The position numbers were made by a program, and so were the translations under genes. Below the pieces are notes generated by a model that was not told where the DNA came from, ran no database searches, and worked only from the letters and a program-made list of their open reading frames with translations. Shown piece by piece: positions 51,008 to 63,454 of a stretch of 64,000 nucleotides of DNA. The stretch's first letter is position 1. Every line of letters starts with the position of its first letter. This DNA comes from an uncultured Pseudomonadales bacterium. Lineage in GTDB: Bacteria > Pseudomonadota > Gammaproteobacteria > Pseudomonadales > Porticoccaceae. Location: the NCBI GenBank assembly GCA_949372765.1, contig CASIAU010000001.1, positions 108,747-172,746 on the forward strand, in the 5' to 3' direction.

Positions 51008-51517
51008 TTAGTTCAGAATTTCTTCTACAGACTTTCCACGCTTCGCAGCAACATCATCTGGAGAGCTCATCGCTTCTAACGCCTTAAAGGTAGCCCGAAC
51101 GACATTCACAGGATTTGTTGATCCGTAGCACTTTGCCAGCACGTTCTGAACCCCTGCCAATTCAAGTACCGAGCGCATTGCGCCACCGGCGATAACACCA
51201 GTACCTTCAGACGCGGGCTGCATATAAATCTTTGATGCCGCATGGATACCCTTGGTAGGATACTGAATGGTAGTGCCATCAAGCGCCACGTCAATCATAT
51301 TACGCCGCGCAGCTTCCATCGCCTTTTGGATTGCCATTGGTACTTCACGAGCTTTACCACGACCAAAGCCGACCTTTCCGTTTCCGTCGCCAACAACAGT
51401 CAATGCAGTGAAAGCAAATATCCGTCCACCTTTAACCGTTTTAGCAACTCGGTTAACCTGAACGAGCTTTTCCATCATGCCTTCAGCAGCTGCGTCTTTT
51501 TGATCTGTAAGAGCCAT
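51008..51517 (-). CDS. rpsE: 30S ribosomal protein S5
   Basis: [32 protein letters not shown]... Confidence 0.99.
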   Translation of the reverse strand: MALTDQKDAAAEGMMEKLVQVNRVAKTVKGGRIFAFTALTVVGDGNGKVGFGRGKAREVPMAIQKAMEAARRNMIDVALDGTTIQYPTKGIHAASKIYMQPASEGTGVIAGGAMRSVLELAGVQNVLAKCYGSTNPVNVVRATFKALEAMSSPDDVAAKRGKSVEEILN

Positions 51518-51529
51518 ATCTTCTACCTA

Positions 51530-51880
51530 TTAAAATTCGAGGCCGGCTTCACGCGCGGCGTCTGCCAGTGCTTTAACACGGCCATGATATTTAAAACCAC
51601 TGCGATCAAACGCCACTGAAGTAATCCCTGCAGCGACTGCTCGCTCAGCAATCAACTTACCAACAGCTGATGCAGCATCAATGTTACCGGTGCTACCCTC
51701 GCGCAGATCCTTTTCTAGAGTAGACGCTGTCGCTAGGACTTTGTCCCCCTCAGCGGCAATAATTTGTGCATAGATATGACGAGGCGTACGATTGACACAC
51801 AAACGTGTGGCGCCCTGCTCACGGATCTTCATCCGTACTCGTTTGGCTCTGCGCTGTCGTGAAACTTTTTTATCGCTCAT
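51530..51880 (-). CDS. rplR: 50S ribosomal protein L18
   Basis: [16 protein letters not shown]...[26 protein letters not shown]. Confidence 0.99.
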   Translation of the reverse strand: MSDKKVSRQRRAKRVRMKIREQGATRLCVNRTPRHIYAQIIAAEGDKVLATASTLEKDLREGSTGNIDAASAVGKLIAERAVAAGITSVAFDRSGFKYHGRVKALADAAREAGLEF

Positions 51881-51892
51881 TGTTTTACCCTG

Positions 51893-52426
51893 TTACTTCT
51901 TCTTGGCTTCTTTGCGTCTTACGTACTCACCAGAAATCCTAACGCCCTTACCTTTATAAGGCTCTGGCGGTCGGAAGGCGCGAATCTCAGCTGCGGCCTG
52001 TCCTAATTTCTGCTTATCTGAAGACTTCAACAAAATTTCTGTCTGACTCGGCGTCTCTGCAGTCACACCGTTGGCTAGTTCGTACACCACCGGATGAGAA
52101 AAGCCGAGTGTTAAATTAATCTTGGAACCTTGAACCTGGGCGCGATAACCAACACCCACGAGATCAAGCTTTTTCTCAAAGCCTTGAGACACTCCCGTCA
52201 CCATGTTGCTGACCAACGACCGGGTTGTACCAGACATCGCTCTAGCGGACGCATCTTGGCCAACCGCGGCGAACGTTAACACGTTATCGCCTTGTTTGAT
52301 TTCGACTTGGCTATTAACCGACATAGCTAAGGTGCCCTTGGCTCCTTTTACCGAAATCTTAGAACCATCGAGGGATACTTCAACACCTTTTGGCAGTTCA
52401 ACTGGATTATTTGCTACTCTAGACAT
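51893..52426 (-). CDS. rplF: 50S ribosomal protein L6
   Basis: [17 protein letters not shown]... Confidence 0.99.
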   Translation of the reverse strand: MSRVANNPVELPKGVEVSLDGSKISVKGAKGTLAMSVNSQVEIKQGDNVLTFAAVGQDASARAMSGTTRSLVSNMVTGVSQGFEKKLDLVGVGYRAQVQGSKINLTLGFSHPVVYELANGVTAETPSQTEILLKSSDKQKLGQAAAEIRAFRPPEPYKGKGVRISGEYVRRKEAKKK

Positions 52427-52438
52427 ATCTATTTCCTA

Positions 52439-52831
52439 TCAGAATACAGTGCAGAGCACTTCACCGCCGATACCAGCAGCACGCGCTGCACGATCGGTCA
52501 TTACGCCTTTGCTAGTGCTAACAATAGCAACACCGAGGCCACTGCGTACCTTAGGAAGATCATTTGCACCGACATAAAGGCGCAAGCTAGGCTTACTAAT
52601 ACGCTTAATTTCTTCAATAACAGGCTTGCCTTCAAAATATTTAAGGGCAACTGTTAAGCTTGGCTTAGCGTCATCGGTGACGTTAAAACCACTTATGTAA
52701 CCCTCATCTTGCAACACCTTAGCCACGGAGGCTTTTAGCTTAGAAGCAGGCATGCTGACTTCTGGCTTACTGCGGTGATGCGCATTACGGATACGGGTCA
52801 ACATGTCTGAAATTGGATCTTGCATACTCAT
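52439..52831 (-). CDS. rpsH: 30S ribosomal protein S8
   Basis: [17 protein letters not shown]... Confidence 0.99.
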   Translation of the reverse strand: MSMQDPISDMLTRIRNAHHRSKPEVSMPASKLKASVAKVLQDEGYISGFNVTDDAKPSLTVALKYFEGKPVIEEIKRISKPSLRLYVGANDLPKVRSGLGVAIVSTSKGVMTDRAARAAGIGGEVLCTVF

Positions 52832-52849
52832 CGTGTTTGGCTCCTTAAA

Positions 52850-53155
52850 CTACCAACTGGCTTTAACCAGCCCCGGAACTTCCCCACGCATTGCTGCTTC
52901 GCGTAGCTTGTTTCGGCACAGGCCAAACTTTCTATAAACACCGTGTGGACGGCCAGTAACTCGGCAGCGGTTTCGCTGACGTACCGGACTCGCATCACGC
53001 GGCAGTTGTTGTAACTTCTGTATGGCGTCCCAACGATCTTCGTCTGAAGCCTCTACATTACTGATGACAGCTTTAAGTGCAGCACGTTTCACGGCGAACT
53101 TTGCAACTGTCTGGGCGCGCTTTTTTTCACGCTGAACCATTGATACCTTAGCCAT
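52850..53155 (-). CDS. rpsN: 30S ribosomal protein S14 (long form)
   Basis: 101 aa ending ...[18 protein letters not shown]. Confidence 0.99.
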   Translation of the reverse strand: MAKVSMVQREKKRAQTVAKFAVKRAALKAVISNVEASDEDRWDAIQKLQQLPRDASPVRQRNRCRVTGRPHGVYRKFGLCRNKLREAAMRGEVPGLVKASW

Positions 53156-53167
53156 TAATCTATGTCC

Positions 53168-53707
53168 TCAACTTTTCAACGGGAAGTTGAAGGCGCGAAG
53201 TAAAGCGCGACCTTCATCATCGTTTCTAGCGGTAGTAGTAATCGTAATATCCATGCCACGAAGCTTATCGATTTTCTCGTAGTCGATCTCTGGGAAGATA
53301 ATCTGCTCAGTTACTCCCATCGAGAAATTGCCACGGCCATCGAACTGCTTTGGGCTGATGCCACGGAAATCTCGTATGCGTGGAATCGCGATCCCCACCA
53401 GACGCTCTAAAAATTCGTACATCCGATCAGAGCGCAAGGTTACTTTAGTCCCGATGGGCCAGCCCTGACGAACCTTAAAACCAGCGATAGACTTTCGCGC
53501 ATTATTAATTACAGGCTTTTGAGCCGAAATCAAGGTCAGATCCGCAACTGCATTGTCCAGTGACTTTTTGTCTCCGATCGCCTCACCGACACCCATATTT
53601 AGAGTAATCTTGGTGATACGGGGAACCTCCATCACATTAGCCAGACCCAACTCTTTAAAAAGCTTAGGAGCCAACTCATTTTTATAAACTTCTTTCAACC
53701 TTGCCAT
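53168..53707 (-). CDS. rplE: 50S ribosomal protein L5
   Basis: [16 protein letters not shown]... Confidence 0.99.
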   Translation of the reverse strand: MARLKEVYKNELAPKLFKELGLANVMEVPRITKITLNMGVGEAIGDKKSLDNAVADLTLISAQKPVINNARKSIAGFKVRQGWPIGTKVTLRSDRMYEFLERLVGIAIPRIRDFRGISPKQFDGRGNFSMGVTEQIIFPEIDYEKIDKLRGMDITITTTARNDDEGRALLRAFNFPLKS

Positions 53708-53724
53708 TACGATTACCTATTTGC

Positions 53725-54048
53725 TTAAGCGTCGACGGCTTCGCCGCTCGACTTAAAGACCCGAATCTTTTTGTTATCATCCTGGATCTTGAAACCAACC
53801 CGATCCGCCTTATTAGTCGAACTGTTAAAGATGGCCACATTAGACACCTGAATCGGAGACTCTTTTTCAATAATTCCACCAGGGATACCAGCATTAGGAT
53901 TAGGCTTCTGATGCTTCTTAATCATCTGGACCCCAGACACTAAAACCCGACTATTTTCAAGCACCTTAAGCACCTTGCCACGCTTACCTTTGTCTTTCCC
54001 TGCGACGACGACAACTTCATCATCTCGTTTAATTTTCAGCATTACCAT
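53725..54048 (-). CDS. rplX: 50S ribosomal protein L24
   Basis: [22 protein letters not shown]... The start may be 6 nt downstream. Confidence 0.98.
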   Translation of the reverse strand: MVMLKIKRDDEVVVVAGKDKGKRGKVLKVLENSRVLVSGVQMIKKHQKPNPNAGIPGGIIEKESPIQVSNVAIFNSSTNKADRVGFKIQDDNKKIRVFKSSGEAVDA

Positions 54049-54062
54049 TTCTTAATCCTCGC

Positions 54063-54431
54063 TTACAGCACTTCAGGTGCTAGGGAGATGATTCGCATGA
54101 AACGCTCTGTGCGCAGCTCACGAGTCACTGGCCCAAAAATGCGTGTTCCAATCGGCGCCAAGTTAACATTCAAAAGAACGGCTGCGTTATCATCAAACTT
54201 AATCAAGCTACCATCCTGCCGACGCAAGCCTTTCTTAGTGCGAACCACGACCGCACTCATAACCTGCCCCTTCTTAACCTTCCCGCGGGGAATTGCTTCC
54301 TTAACAGTGACCTTAATTACATCACCAACCCGCGCATAGCGACGGTGAGAACCGCCCAACACTTTGATACACATCACGCGACGTGCACCGCTGTTGTCTG
54401 CTACATCAAGATAACTTTCTGTTTGAATCAT
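54063..54431 (-). CDS. rplN: 50S ribosomal protein L14
   Basis: [28 protein letters not shown]... Confidence 0.99.
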   Translation of the reverse strand: MIQTESYLDVADNSGARRVMCIKVLGGSHRRYARVGDVIKVTVKEAIPRGKVKKGQVMSAVVVRTKKGLRRQDGSLIKFDDNAAVLLNVNLAPIGTRIFGPVTRELRTERFMRIISLAPEVL

Positions 54432-54463
54432 TTTCCTACCCCAAACCGATACTTTATACGGCG

Positions 54464-54730
54464 TTACTCTGCAGTAGCGCGCTCATCAATATTTACCAAT
54501 TTCCAAGCCTTGTCCTTCGACACAGGCCGGCATTCCGCGATGGTGACTAAGTCGCCTGTATTAGCGTCGTTACTCTCATCATGAGCTTTAATTTTACTCG
54601 ACTTCGTCAAGATCTTTCCATAAACCGGATGCTTAACGCGTCGCTCAACCAAAACTGTAATGGTTTTATCCATTTTATCGCTGACAATACGACCAGTCAG
54701 AGTTCGTGAACTTGTGTTTAACTCAGCCAT
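54464..54730 (-). CDS. rpsQ: 30S ribosomal protein S17
   Basis: [31 protein letters not shown]... Confidence 0.99.
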   Translation of the reverse strand: MAELNTSSRTLTGRIVSDKMDKTITVLVERRVKHPVYGKILTKSSKIKAHDESNDANTGDLVTIAECRPVSKDKAWKLVNIDERATAE

Positions 54731-54732
54731 AC

Positions 54733-54924
54733 TTATTCTCCAGCCTTCTGATTCATCGCGGTCTTAATGCGCGCTATATTTCGACGCGTCTTCTTCACCA
54801 GGTGGCTTTCATTGAGCTGCCCAGTCGACAGCTGCATACGCAACTTAAACTGCTGCTTGAGCTCTCCGCCCAGCGCCGCCTGCAACTCTTCAACAGACTT
54901 TTCACTTAATTCGCTTGCTTTCAT
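54733..54924 (-). CDS. rpmC: 50S ribosomal protein L29
   Basis: 63 aa; [15 protein letters not shown]... Confidence 0.98.
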   Translation of the reverse strand: MKASELSEKSVEELQAALGGELKQQFKLRMQLSTGQLNESHLVKKTRRNIARIKTAMNQKAGE

Positions 54925-54926
54925 GG

Positions 54927-55340
54927 TTACATCACCGTCCGCGTAACAAAGGTGGTAGCAATTGGCAACTTCGCCGCCCCCAGCGCAAATGCTTCACGCG
55001 CCAGCTCTTCACTTACACCTTCCATTTCATAGAGCACTTTACCGGGCTGCACCAAAGCAACCCAATATTCAACATTACCCTTACCCTTACCCATTCTAAC
55101 CTCAAGCGGTTTTTTGGTGATTGGCTTATCTGGAAAAACACGAATCCAAATCTTACCACCACGCTTGATATGTCGGGTCATAGCACGACGAGCCGCCTCA
55201 ATCTGCCGAGCCGTCAAACGCCCTCGGCCGGACGCCTTGAGGCCAAACTCACCAAAGCTGACTTTGCTGCCGCGTTGCGCTAGGCCACGATTACGGCCTT
55301 TATGCATTTTGCGGAATTTTGTACGTTTTGGTTGCAGCAT
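54927..55340 (-). CDS. rplP: 50S ribosomal protein L16
   Basis: [21 protein letters not shown]... Confidence 0.99.
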   Translation of the reverse strand: MLQPKRTKFRKMHKGRNRGLAQRGSKVSFGEFGLKASGRGRLTARQIEAARRAMTRHIKRGGKIWIRVFPDKPITKKPLEVRMGKGKGNVEYWVALVQPGKVLYEMEGVSEELAREAFALGAAKLPIATTFVTRTVM

Positions 55341-55359
55341 CTCGCTTTACCCTTATCGC

Positions 55360-56037
55360 TTAATTCTTGTTTCGTTTTTCTTTAGTGGGAGCCTTAACAG
55401 CCTCCTCACCACCTAGAACTTCACCCTTGAAGATCCAGACCTTAACGCCAATAATTCCATACGTGGTATTGGCTTCGGCAGCTGCATAGTCAATATCTGC
55501 TCGCAAAGTATGCAGGGGAACCCGTCCTTCTCTATACCATTCAGACCGCGCTATCTCAGCGCCACCTAAACGACCACCCACCTGGATCTTTACTCCGAGG
55601 GCACCACCGCGCATCGCATTCTGCACTGCTCTTTTCATTGCGCGACGGAACATAACTCTCCGCTCTAGCTGTTGGGCGACATTCTGCCCAACTAAAGAAG
55701 CGTCCAGGTCAGGCTTACGGATCTCCTCAATATTGATAGTTACCGTACAACCCATCACTTTGGTAACTTCGTTGCGTAAACGCTCAACGTCCTCGCCCTT
55801 CTTACCAATCACAATACCTGGACGGGCAGTATGAATAGTTACTCGGCCAGTGTCTGATTGACGCTCAATATCGATCTTACTGACCGAAGCGTGAGAGAGT
55901 TTTTTGTTTAAAAATGCTCTGACCGCCAAGTCTTGGTTAAGCTTATCGGCATAGTCTTTACTCCCGGCGTACCAGGTGGAGCTATGCTTCTTAACGATCC
56001 CTAGACGGATACCGGTTGGATGTACTTTTTGACCCAT
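55360..56037 (-). CDS. rpsC: 30S ribosomal protein S3
   Basis: [24 protein letters not shown]... Confidence 0.99.
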   Translation of the reverse strand: MGQKVHPTGIRLGIVKKHSSTWYAGSKDYADKLNQDLAVRAFLNKKLSHASVSKIDIERQSDTGRVTIHTARPGIVIGKKGEDVERLRNEVTKVMGCTVTINIEEIRKPDLDASLVGQNVAQQLERRVMFRRAMKRAVQNAMRGGALGVKIQVGGRLGGAEIARSEWYREGRVPLHTLRADIDYAAAEANTTYGIIGVKVWIFKGEVLGGEEAVKAPTKEKRNKN

Positions 56038-56060
56038 TACATGGTCTCCCGAACCTAATT

Positions 56061-56399
56061 CTACTTTTCAGCGACTTTTACAGTTATGTGACAGCTGCGT
56101 TTTAAAATTCTATCTGCACGACCTTTAGCACGCGGCTTAATGCGCTTCATAGTCATACCTTCATCAACAAAGATAGTCGTTACCTTTAACTCGTCTACAT
56201 CGGCACCATCATTATGCTCAGCGTTAGCAATAGCCGACTCAAGGACCTTCTTAATAATGTCTGCACCCTTTTTAGTGCTGAACTGCAGTATTTCTAATGC
56301 AGCCTCAACAGACTTTCCGCGAACTTGATCAGCGACGAGGCGGGCCTTTTGCGCCGACATTCTAGCGCCTTTTAATTTTGCTACTACTTCCACAATCAA
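56061..56399 (-). CDS. rplV: 50S ribosomal protein L22
   Basis: [24 protein letters not shown]... Confidence 0.98.
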   Translation of the reverse strand: MIVEVVAKLKGARMSAQKARLVADQVRGKSVEAALEILQFSTKKGADIIKKVLESAIANAEHNDGADVDELKVTTIFVDEGMTMKRIKPRAKGRADRILKRSCHITVKVAEK

Positions 56400-56424
56400 T
56401 TACCTCTTTCAATCAAAACCAGGC

Positions 56425-56700
56425 TTAACGCTTGGCTTTTTTATCCGCGACATGACCACGATAAGTACGCGTCGGAGAGAACTCACCCAACTTATGCCCT
56501 ACCATCTCTTCATTGATAGTTACCGGGATATGCTGGCGGCCATTGTGAATCGCAATAGTTAAACCAAGCATATCAGGCAGAATCATAGATCGGCGAGACC
56601 ATGTCTTGATCGGTCGCCGCTCATTGTTTGCTACCGCCGCCTCAACCTTTTTTGCAAGGTGACGATCGACGAATGGTCCTTTCTTTAGAGAGCGTGGCAC
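56425..56700 (-). CDS. rpsS: 30S ribosomal protein S19
   Basis: [15 protein letters not shown]... Confidence 0.99.
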   Translation of the reverse strand: MPRSLKKGPFVDRHLAKKVEAAVANNERRPIKTWSRRSMILPDMLGLTIAIHNGRQHIPVTINEEMVGHKLGEFSPTRTYRGHVADKKAKR

Positions 56701-56736
56701 GTTTGCTATCCTCTTCTGTATAATTTATATCGACGC

Positions 56737-57558
56737 TTACTTGCGACGACGGATAATGTATTTATCAGTACGCTTATTCTTACGCGTCTTGTAACCCTTA
56801 GTTGGCATCCCCCAAGGTGAAACCGGATGTCGGCCACCAGAGGTACGTCCTTCACCACCACCATGCGGGTGGTCGACTGGATTCATCGCTACACCTCGTA
56901 CGGTCGGACGAACACCACGCCAACGCGCCGCGCCGGCCTTCCCTAATGAGCGCAAACTGTGCTCACTATTACAAACTTCACCGAGTGTCGCCCTGCAATC
57001 AATAGGTAGACGTCTCATCTCCCCACTACGCAATCGAACGGTAGCATAAGCGCCTTCACGTGCAATCAGCTGTACCGATGCGGCGGCACTGCGAGCAAGC
57101 TGTGCGCCCTTCCCAACCTTCATCTCTACACAGTGAACAATCGACCCGACGGGGATCTTGCGGAGTGGCAGACTATTGCCTACCTTGATTGGCGAGTTCT
57201 CACCTGACACAACCGTATCTCCAGCTGAAATACCCTTCGGTGCAATGATGTAGCGACGCTCGCCATCGGCATAACAAAGCAAGGCAATGTGCGCGCTTCT
57301 GTTGGGGTCGTACTCTAGACGCTCAACTGTTGCAGGAATACCATCTTTATTACGCTTAAAATCAATTATCCGGTAGTGCTGCTTGTGCCCGCCGCCAATA
57401 TGGCGAACAGTAATTCTACCATTGCTATTTCGGCCACCAGACCGCTTCTTGGGTGCCAACAAAGGCCCATAGGGAGCGCCTTTGTGCAAGTCAGGGTTCA
57501 CAACACTAACTACAAAGCGCCTGCCGGGGGAGGTTGGTTTTCTTTTAATAACTGCCAT
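56737..57558 (-). CDS. rplB: 50S ribosomal protein L2
   Basis: [17 protein letters not shown]... Confidence 0.99.
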   Translation of the reverse strand: MAVIKRKPTSPGRRFVVSVVNPDLHKGAPYGPLLAPKKRSGGRNSNGRITVRHIGGGHKQHYRIIDFKRNKDGIPATVERLEYDPNRSAHIALLCYADGERRYIIAPKGISAGDTVVSGENSPIKVGNSLPLRKIPVGSIVHCVEMKVGKGAQLARSAAASVQLIAREGAYATVRLRSGEMRRLPIDCRATLGEVCNSEHSLRSLGKAGAARWRGVRPTVRGVAMNPVDHPHGGGEGRTSGGRHPVSPWGMPTKGYKTRKNKRTDKYIIRRRK

Positions 57559-57568
57559 GATTAACCCC

Positions 57569-57865
57569 TTACTCCGCTACTGAAAAGTCAATATCTTGAC
57601 CTTCCGCCAGTCGTACATAGGCCTTCTTCCAATCGCTGCGATGACCGAGGCCGTTCTTAGTGCGACGAGTCTTGCCCTTCATATTAATCACGCGAACATC
57701 ATCAACCTTGACCTCGAATAGCTGCTCAACAGCCTTGCGAATCTCTAGCTTGGTCGCGTTCGTCGCAACTTTAAATACAACCTGCGTTGCCACGCCAGAC
57801 ACCATTGCTGATTTTTCAGTAATATGCGGCCCTAACAACACTTTGAAGAGTCTCTCTTGGTTCAT
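57569..57865 (-). CDS. rplW: 50S ribosomal protein L23
   Basis: 98 aa; [19 protein letters not shown]... Confidence 0.98.
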   Translation of the reverse strand: MNQERLFKVLLGPHITEKSAMVSGVATQVVFKVATNATKLEIRKAVEQLFEVKVDDVRVINMKGKTRRTKNGLGHRSDWKKAYVRLAEGQDIDFSVAE

Positions 57866-58482
57866 ACTAGGATCTCCTCGATTTTTTTCAATGCTGCAAC
57901 GGTAACAATCACTTTGTCTGAATTGATCAGGCTTACCGGATCAATTGCTGCTGCGTCCCGCACATCTACCTTGTGTAGATTGCGTGATGACAAATATAGG
58001 TTTTCGCTAACCTCTTCGGTAACGATCAACGCTTGCTGCAATCCGTACTCTGCCAACTTAGCAATAAGGCCCTTAGTCTTTGGCGCATCAACATCAAAGT
58101 CTTTAACAACAACCAACCGGTCTTGACGAGCGAGCTCAGACACAATTGAACGCATCGCCGAGCGGTACATCTTTCGATTAATCTTTTGACTGTGATCTTG
58201 TGGCTGTGCAGCAAATGTCACACCGCCCCCACGCCAGATCGGACCACGGATAGTACCAGCACGAGCGCGACCAGTTCCTTTCTGAGCAAATGGCTTCCGG
58301 CCACCTCCAGAAACAGCGGAACGATTCTTCTGAGCTCGGGTTCCCTGACGGGCACCCGCTAAAAAAGTTACCACAGCCTGATGAACCAGGTCTTGATTGA
58401 ATTCCATTCCAAAAGCAGCTTCAGAAACCTCTACAGTTCCTTTAATACCCTTGGGCGTGGCGATCGATAATTCCATGGACAC
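57862..58482 (-). CDS. rplD: 50S ribosomal protein L4
   Basis: ...[46 protein letters not shown]... Confidence 0.99.
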   Translation of the reverse strand: MSMELSIATPKGIKGTVEVSEAAFGMEFNQDLVHQAVVTFLAGARQGTRAQKNRSAVSGGGRKPFAQKGTGRARAGTIRGPIWRGGGVTFAAQPQDHSQKINRKMYRSAMRSIVSELARQDRLVVVKDFDVDAPKTKGLIAKLAEYGLQQALIVTEEVSENLYLSSRNLHKVDVRDAAAIDPVSLINSDKVIVTVAALKKIEEILV

Positions 58483-58487
58483 TCCCC

Positions 58488-59123
58488 TTAAGCCTTAACT
58501 GCTGGACGAACGATAATATTGCCGCCGGGCGCACCAGGAACCGCTCCCTTGATCAACAAGAGGCTGCGTTCTGTGTCCACACGAACAATTTCTAAATTCT
58601 GAGTTGTTACCTGTGCGTTACCCATCTGACCACTCATTTTCTTTCCCTTGAACACACGACCCGGAGTTTGGTTCTGGCCAATTGAACCATTAGATCGGTG
58701 AGAGATTGAGTTGCCGTGCGTAGCATCTTGCATACTAAAGTTCCAACGCTTTACTCCGCCCTGAAAACCTTTTCCTTTAGAAGTACCGGTAACATCGACT
58801 TTTTGGCCTTCCTGAAAGCGCTCCACCGTTAGCGACCCGCCAACTTCAAACGTCTCATCTGAGCCTTCTGATCTGAACTCCCACTGACCGCGCCCAGCTT
58901 CGACGCCTGCTTTCGCAAATTGGCCGGCCTGAGATTTGGCAACTCGGGAAGCTTTCTTTGAGCCTGTAGTGACCTGAATAGCCGAATAGCCATCAGTCGC
59001 CAAGGACTTAACCTGGGTAATATGATTAGGTGAGGCTTCTACCACTGTCACAGGGATAGAAACACCATCTTCGGTAAACACACGAGTCATACCACACTTG
59101 CGGCCGACAATACCTATTCTCAT
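58488..59123 (-). CDS. rplC: 50S ribosomal protein L3
   Basis: [20 protein letters not shown]... Confidence 0.99.
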   Translation of the reverse strand: MRIGIVGRKCGMTRVFTEDGVSIPVTVVEASPNHITQVKSLATDGYSAIQVTTGSKKASRVAKSQAGQFAKAGVEAGRGQWEFRSEGSDETFEVGGSLTVERFQEGQKVDVTGTSKGKGFQGGVKRWNFSMQDATHGNSISHRSNGSIGQNQTPGRVFKGKKMSGQMGNAQVTTQNLEIVRVDTERSLLLIKGAVPGAPGGNIIVRPAVKA

Positions 59124-59233
59124 TTTAAAACCTCTTACGTGTACGGGGCTCTTACCCGCTACGGCCGCTCATTTCAAAGCGTTACACTATAGAACTTGCT
59201 CGATGGGCACCCATCGAACGACTACACATCAAA

Positions 59234-59545
59234 TTAGCTCAAGCTAATCTGAACTTCTACTCCAGCAGCAAGATTTAATTTCATCAAAGCATCAACGGTT
59301 TTTTCTGTTGGCTCAACAATGTCAATTAAACGCTTGTGCGTGCGAATCTCATATTGATCACGCGCATCTTTATTAACGTGAGGAGAGATCAAAATTGTAA
59401 ACCTCTCTTTGCGCGTTGGCAGTGGAATCGGGCCACGAATCTGCGCGCCAGTTCGTCTTGCAGTCTCAACAATCTCTTGCGTCGATGTATCGATCAATTT
59501 GTGATCAAAGGCCTTTAGACGAATCCTAATACTTTGGTTTTGCAT
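59234..59545 (-). CDS. rpsJ: 30S ribosomal protein S10
   Basis: [19 protein letters not shown]... Confidence 0.99.
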   Translation of the reverse strand: MQNQSIRIRLKAFDHKLIDTSTQEIVETARRTGAQIRGPIPLPTRKERFTILISPHVNKDARDQYEIRTHKRLIDIVEPTEKTVDALMKLNLAAGVEVQISLS

Positions 59546-59628
59546 ATCAGCGAAGCTCCGCTATCTATTCTTTTCTTTCGGCTCTAACTATCAAATAAGC
59601 TACTGCCAGCCCCGAAAATGGAGCGCGA

Positions 59629-59657
59629 ATTCTAGAGCCGGACCCCCGAACTGTCAA
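59629..59657 (-). promoter_or_regulatory. Candidate sigma70 promoter of the S10 operon
   Basis: Minus strand TTGACA (59657-59652), 17 nt spacer, TAGAAT (59634-59629). It lies about 85 nt upstream of the rpsJ ATG and just downstream of the tuf terminator. Confidence 0.6.
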
Positions 59658-59728
59658 GCAATTAAACAGCTACACCCTGTTTTTTTTACCACTTTGCTAA
59701 AAGTGTCGACTCTAAAACCCAAATCGAC

Positions 59729-59751
59729 AAAAAAGGGGCCTGCAAGGCCCC
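59729..59751 (-). terminator. Rho-independent terminator downstream of tuf
   Basis: Minus strand GGGGCC-ttgca-GGCCCC followed by TTTTTT, 18 nt after the tuf stop. Confidence 0.75.
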
Positions 59752-59769
59752 TTCCTAATGCAATGTTTC

Positions 59770-60993
59770 TTACGCAATAATTTTAGCGACTACGCCTGCA
59801 CCAACTGTACGCCCACCTTCACGAATCGCAAAACGTAAGCCGTCTTCCATCGCAATCGGGTGAATCAACTCAACAGTCATCTGCACGTTATCACCGGGCA
59901 TAACCATCTCAGTACCTTCAGGCAACTCACAAGCACCTGTTACATCCGTGGTACGGAAGTAAAACTGCGGACGGTAGCCTTTAAAGAATGGCGTATGACG
60001 ACCACCCTCATCTTTAGACAGAACATATATCTCTGACTCAAACTTAGTGTGCGGCTTAACAGAACCCGGCTTAGCCAGTACCTGACCACGCTGCACTTCT
60101 TCACGCTTTGTACCGCGCAACAAAATACCACAATTCTCTCCAGCACGCCCCTCATCAAGGAACTTTCGGAACATCTCAACACCTGTACAGGTAGTCTTCG
60201 ACGTATCAGCAATACCAATCACTTCAATCTCTTCACCAACCTTAATCACACCACGCTCAATACGACCGGTAACCACTGTTCCACGACCGGCAATTGAGAA
60301 CACATCTTCAATTGGCATCAAGAACGGCTGGTCAACAGCACGAACTGGCTCAGGAATATAGCTGTCTAGTGCCTCTACTAGCTTCTTAACAGCAGTAGTA
60401 CCCAACTCGTGATCATCCTTACCTTCTAACGCCATTAACGCAGAACCAACAATAATCGGCGTGTCATCACCAGGGAACTCATAAAGATCAAGCAGCTCAC
60501 GCAGCTCCATCTCAACCAGCTCTAGCATTTCTTCGTATTCTTCTGAACCAACGCCACCACAATCTTCAGCAAGCAGGTCAGCTTTGTTCAAAAATACGAC
60601 AACGTAAGGTACACCAACCTGACGAGAGAGCAGAATGTGCTCACGCGTCTGAGGCATTGGACCGTCAGTCGCACCACAAACCAATATAGCGCCGTCCATC
60701 TGTGCAGCACCAGTAATCATGTTCTTTACATAATCAGCGTGACCTGGGCAGTCAACGTGCGCGTAATGGCGATCCGCTGAATCATACTCAACGTGCGCTG
60801 TTGAAATAGTAATTCCGCGCTCACGCTCTTCAGGCGCATTATCAATCTGATCAAATGCCTGCATTGTCCCACCAAAAACTTCTGCACAGACGCGCGTCAT
60901 CGCTGCCGTCAATGTTGTCTTTCCGTGGTCAACGTGCCCAATTGTACCGACATTCACATGCGGCTTATTTCTTTCAAACTTTTCTTTAGCCAT
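59770..60993 (-). CDS. tuf: Elongation factor Tu (407 aa, with lineage-specific insertions)
   Basis: [14 protein letters not shown] and NKAD motifs. Collinear with E. coli EF-Tu apart from an insertion of about 10 aa after NKAD and one of about 3 aa in domain I. Confidence 0.99.
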   Translation of the reverse strand: MAKEKFERNKPHVNVGTIGHVDHGKTTLTAAMTRVCAEVFGGTMQAFDQIDNAPEERERGITISTAHVEYDSADRHYAHVDCPGHADYVKNMITGAAQMDGAILVCGATDGPMPQTREHILLSRQVGVPYVVVFLNKADLLAEDCGGVGSEEYEEMLELVEMELRELLDLYEFPGDDTPIIVGSALMALEGKDDHELGTTAVKKLVEALDSYIPEPVRAVDQPFLMPIEDVFSIAGRGTVVTGRIERGVIKVGEEIEVIGIADTSKTTCTGVEMFRKFLDEGRAGENCGILLRGTKREEVQRGQVLAKPGSVKPHTKFESEIYVLSKDEGGRHTPFFKGYRPQFYFRTTDVTGACELPEGTEMVMPGDNVQMTVELIHPIAMEDGLRFAIREGGRTVGAGVVAKIIA

Positions 60994-61080
60994 CTTAGCG
61001 TCTCCTCAACAGGCATCTGTGTTAAAAATTTTTAAAGCGCTTGCTCGCAACTTGTGAAGCTGCAGCGCTCGAAGGTGGCC

Positions 61081-61108
61081 ATCTTATACGTCGATTCACA
61101 AGAGTCAA
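61081..61108 (-). promoter_or_regulatory. Candidate stand-alone promoter for tuf
   Basis: Minus strand TTGACT (61108-61103), 16 nt spacer, TAAGAT (61086-61081), with an A-rich tract further upstream. Motif match only. Confidence 0.35.
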
Positions 61109-61313
61109 CGCCCTTTGCCATTAAATCGCGGTTTTTTTTTGCATTTTTGTACAAAATTGCGACATAACCTACCTCAGCAAGGTTAAAACTCATGATTTGG
61201 GGGAATTTTAGACTGATTATTTGAATTTTTCTGCGCTTCGTGCCGAATATCCTGTATACTCGCGCGCGTTTTGCAGGCCCCAAATAACCAGACTTTTAAA
61301 ATCGAGCAGAATA

Positions 61314-63398
61314 ATGACTGACTTATCTCACTACAGAAATATTGGCATCTTTGCACACGTTGATGCTGGAAAAACGACCACAACTGAACGAATCCTTAAA
61401 CTCACCGGTAAGATCCATAAGACCGGCGAAGTCCATGATGGCGCCGCCACTACCGACTTTATGGAACAGGAACAAGAGCGCGGAATTACCATCCAGTCGG
61501 CAGCAACAACGTGCTACTGGAGAGATCATCGCTTCAACATTATTGATACCCCTGGGCACGTCGACTTCACAGTTGAAGTGTACCGCTCTCTAAAAGTGCT
61601 TGATGGTGGCGTAGGTGTTTTCTGCGGCTCTGGTGGTGTCGAGCCTCAGTCTGAAACTAACTGGCGGTACGCTAACGAATCTGAGGTGGCGCGAGTTATC
61701 TTTGTGAACAAACTTGACCGTATGGGCGCTGACTTCCTACGTGTGGTTGGCCAGGTTAAAGACGTACTGGGTGCTAACCCTTTGGTGATGTGTCTTCCAA
61801 TCGGTGTCGAAGAAAATTTTGTCGGACTGGTTGACCTTCTAGAGCGCAAAGCTTACGTATGGGACGACTCCGGTCTTCCAGAGAACTTCGAGATTGTCGA
61901 CATCCCTACTGATATGGTTGACTCGGTAGAACAGTACCGCGAAATGATGATCGAAACTGCCCTTGAGCAAGACGATGATCTCTTGATGGCTTATATGGAA
62001 GGTGAAGAGCCTTCTGTAGAAGACGTCAAAAAGTGTATTCGCAAAGGCACTATCGCACTGGACTTTTTCCCAACTTATTGCGGTTCGGCGTTTAAAAACA
62101 AAGGTGTACAGATGGTTCTGGATGCTGTTGTCGACTACCTGCCTTGCCCAACTGACGTTGAGCCTCAGCCATTGACTGATGAAGACGGTAACGAGACGGG
62201 TGAGAAAGCCATTGTTTCAACTTCAGAGCCGCTGAAAGCGCTAGCGTTTAAAATTATGGATGATCGCTTCGGTGCTTTGACTTTTGTCCGCATCTACTCC
62301 GGCGTACTTAACAAGGGCGACACTATCCTCAACTCATTTACCGGAAAAACTGAACGAATCGGTCGTATGGTGGAGATGCATGCTGATGATCGCAACGAGA
62401 TTGACCGCGCGCAAGCCGGTGATATCATCGCCATCGTAGGCATGAAGAATGTTCAAACTGGTCATACGCTATGTGACCCCAAGCATTTAGTGACACTTGA
62501 ACCTATGATTTTCCCTGAGCCCGTTATTTCTATCGCCGTTAAGCCCAAGGACAAAGGCGGCTCTGAAAAAATGGGTATTGCTATTGGAAAGATGATTGCT
62601 GAAGACCCTTCATTCCGCGTTGAAACTGATGAAGATTCAGGCGAAACCATCCTCAAAGGCATGGGTGAATTGCACCTGGACATCAAGGTTGACATTCTCA
62701 ACCGAACCTACGGTGTAGATTTGATTGTTGGCCAACCACAGGTTGCCTACCGTGAGACGATTACCGCTGCTCTAGAAGACAGTTATACCCATAAGAAGCA
62801 GTCTGGTGGTTCTGGCCAGTTTGGTAAGATCGATTACCGTATTAAACCCGGCGAGCCGGGCACAGGCTTCGTGTTCAGTTCAAAAGTGGTTGGTGGTAAC
62901 GTGCCTAAGGAATTTTTCCCGGCAATTGAGAAAGGCTTCAAAGGCATGATGGAAGAAGGCCCGTTAGCTGGCTATCCCGTGCTTGATGTTGAAGTTGAGC
63001 TTTATGATGGTGGTTTCCACGCCGTTGACTCATCGGCGGTTGCGTTCGAAATTGCTGCCAAGGGCGCCTTCCGTCAGTCCATGCCAAAAGCTGGCCCACA
63101 GATCATTGAGCCAATTATGAAGGTCGATGTTTATACCCCTGAAGATCACGTTGGTGATGTTATCGGTGACTTGAATCGCCGCCGCGGCATGATCAAGGAC
63201 CAAGAGCCAGGTGTAACCGGCGTTCGTATAAAGGCCGACGTGCCACTGTCAGAGATGTTTGGCTATATTGGTCATCTACGCACTATGACCTCAGGGCGCG
63301 GCCAGTTCTCTATGGAATTTGCCCATTACCTTCCTTGCCCACAAAACATCGCAACTGATGTTATTGCTGCCGCCAAGGAACTCAGAGAAGCCAAGTGA
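61314..63398 (+). CDS. fusA2: Elongation factor G paralog (EF-G2-like)
   Basis: [28 protein letters not shown]..., DTPGHVDF and NKLD motifs; full five-domain length (694 aa from ATG 61314). Roughly half of the residues over the last 160 aa are identical to the convergent canonical fusA, by eye. The symbol is descriptive only. Confidence 0.9.
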   Translation: MTDLSHYRNIGIFAHVDAGKTTTTERILKLTGKIHKTGEVHDGAATTDFMEQEQERGITIQSAATTCYWRDHRFNIIDTPGHVDFTVEVYRSLKVLDGGVGVFCGSGGVEPQSETNWRYANESEVARVIFVNKLDRMGADFLRVVGQVKDVLGANPLVMCLPIGVEENFVGLVDLLERKAYVWDDSGLPENFEIVDIPTDMVDSVEQYREMMIETALEQDDDLLMAYMEGEEPSVEDVKKCIRKGTIALDFFPTYCGSAFKNKGVQMVLDAVVDYLPCPTDVEPQPLTDEDGNETGEKAIVSTSEPLKALAFKIMDDRFGALTFVRIYSGVLNKGDTILNSFTGKTERIGRMVEMHADDRNEIDRAQAGDIIAIVGMKNVQTGHTLCDPKHLVTLEPMIFPEPVISIAVKPKDKGGSEKMGIAIGKMIAEDPSFRVETDEDSGETILKGMGELHLDIKVDILNRTYGVDLIVGQPQVAYRETITAALEDSYTHKKQSGGSGQFGKIDYRIKPGEPGTGFVFSSKVVGGNVPKEFFPAIEKGFKGMMEEGPLAGYPVLDVEVELYDGGFHAVDSSAVAFEIAAKGAFRQSMPKAGPQIIEPIMKVDVYTPEDHVGDVIGDLNRRRGMIKDQEPGVTGVRIKADVPLSEMFGYIGHLRTMTSGRGQFSMEFAHYLPCPQNIATDVIAAAKELREAK

Positions 63399-63413
63399 TG
63401 AGCCTCTCTGATT

Positions 63414-63454
63414 AAAAAAACCCCCGCTGGTGCTAACCAATGGGGGTTTTTTTT
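63414..63454. terminator. Bidirectional terminator between the convergent EF-G genes
   Basis: AAAAAAA-CCCCCGCTGG-tgctaa-CCAATGGGGG-TTTTTTTT; an imperfect stem flanked by an A-run and a T-run. Confidence 0.6.

Noticed and set aside
59124-59233. Unusually long (110 nt) rpsJ-rplC spacer containing the palindrome CGATGGG-ca-CCCATCG at 59196-59211.
   Set aside because: The short stem has a 2-nt loop and no flanking T-run. Spacers of this size occur in the S10 operons of pseudomonad-like genomes. There is not enough evidence for a regulatory element.
61032-61283. 83-aa minus-strand ORF in the tuf / EF-G-paralog intergenic region.
   Set aside because: It has no Shine-Dalgarno and no recognisable protein features. 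It overlaps the likely promoters and 5' UTRs of both flanking genes.
61221-61313. 31-aa N-terminal extension of the EF-G paralog (track start is TTG at 61221).
   Set aside because: EF-G proteins begin a few residues before the G1 motif. [21 protein letters not shown] from ATG 61314 fits. The extension covers the divergent promoter region.
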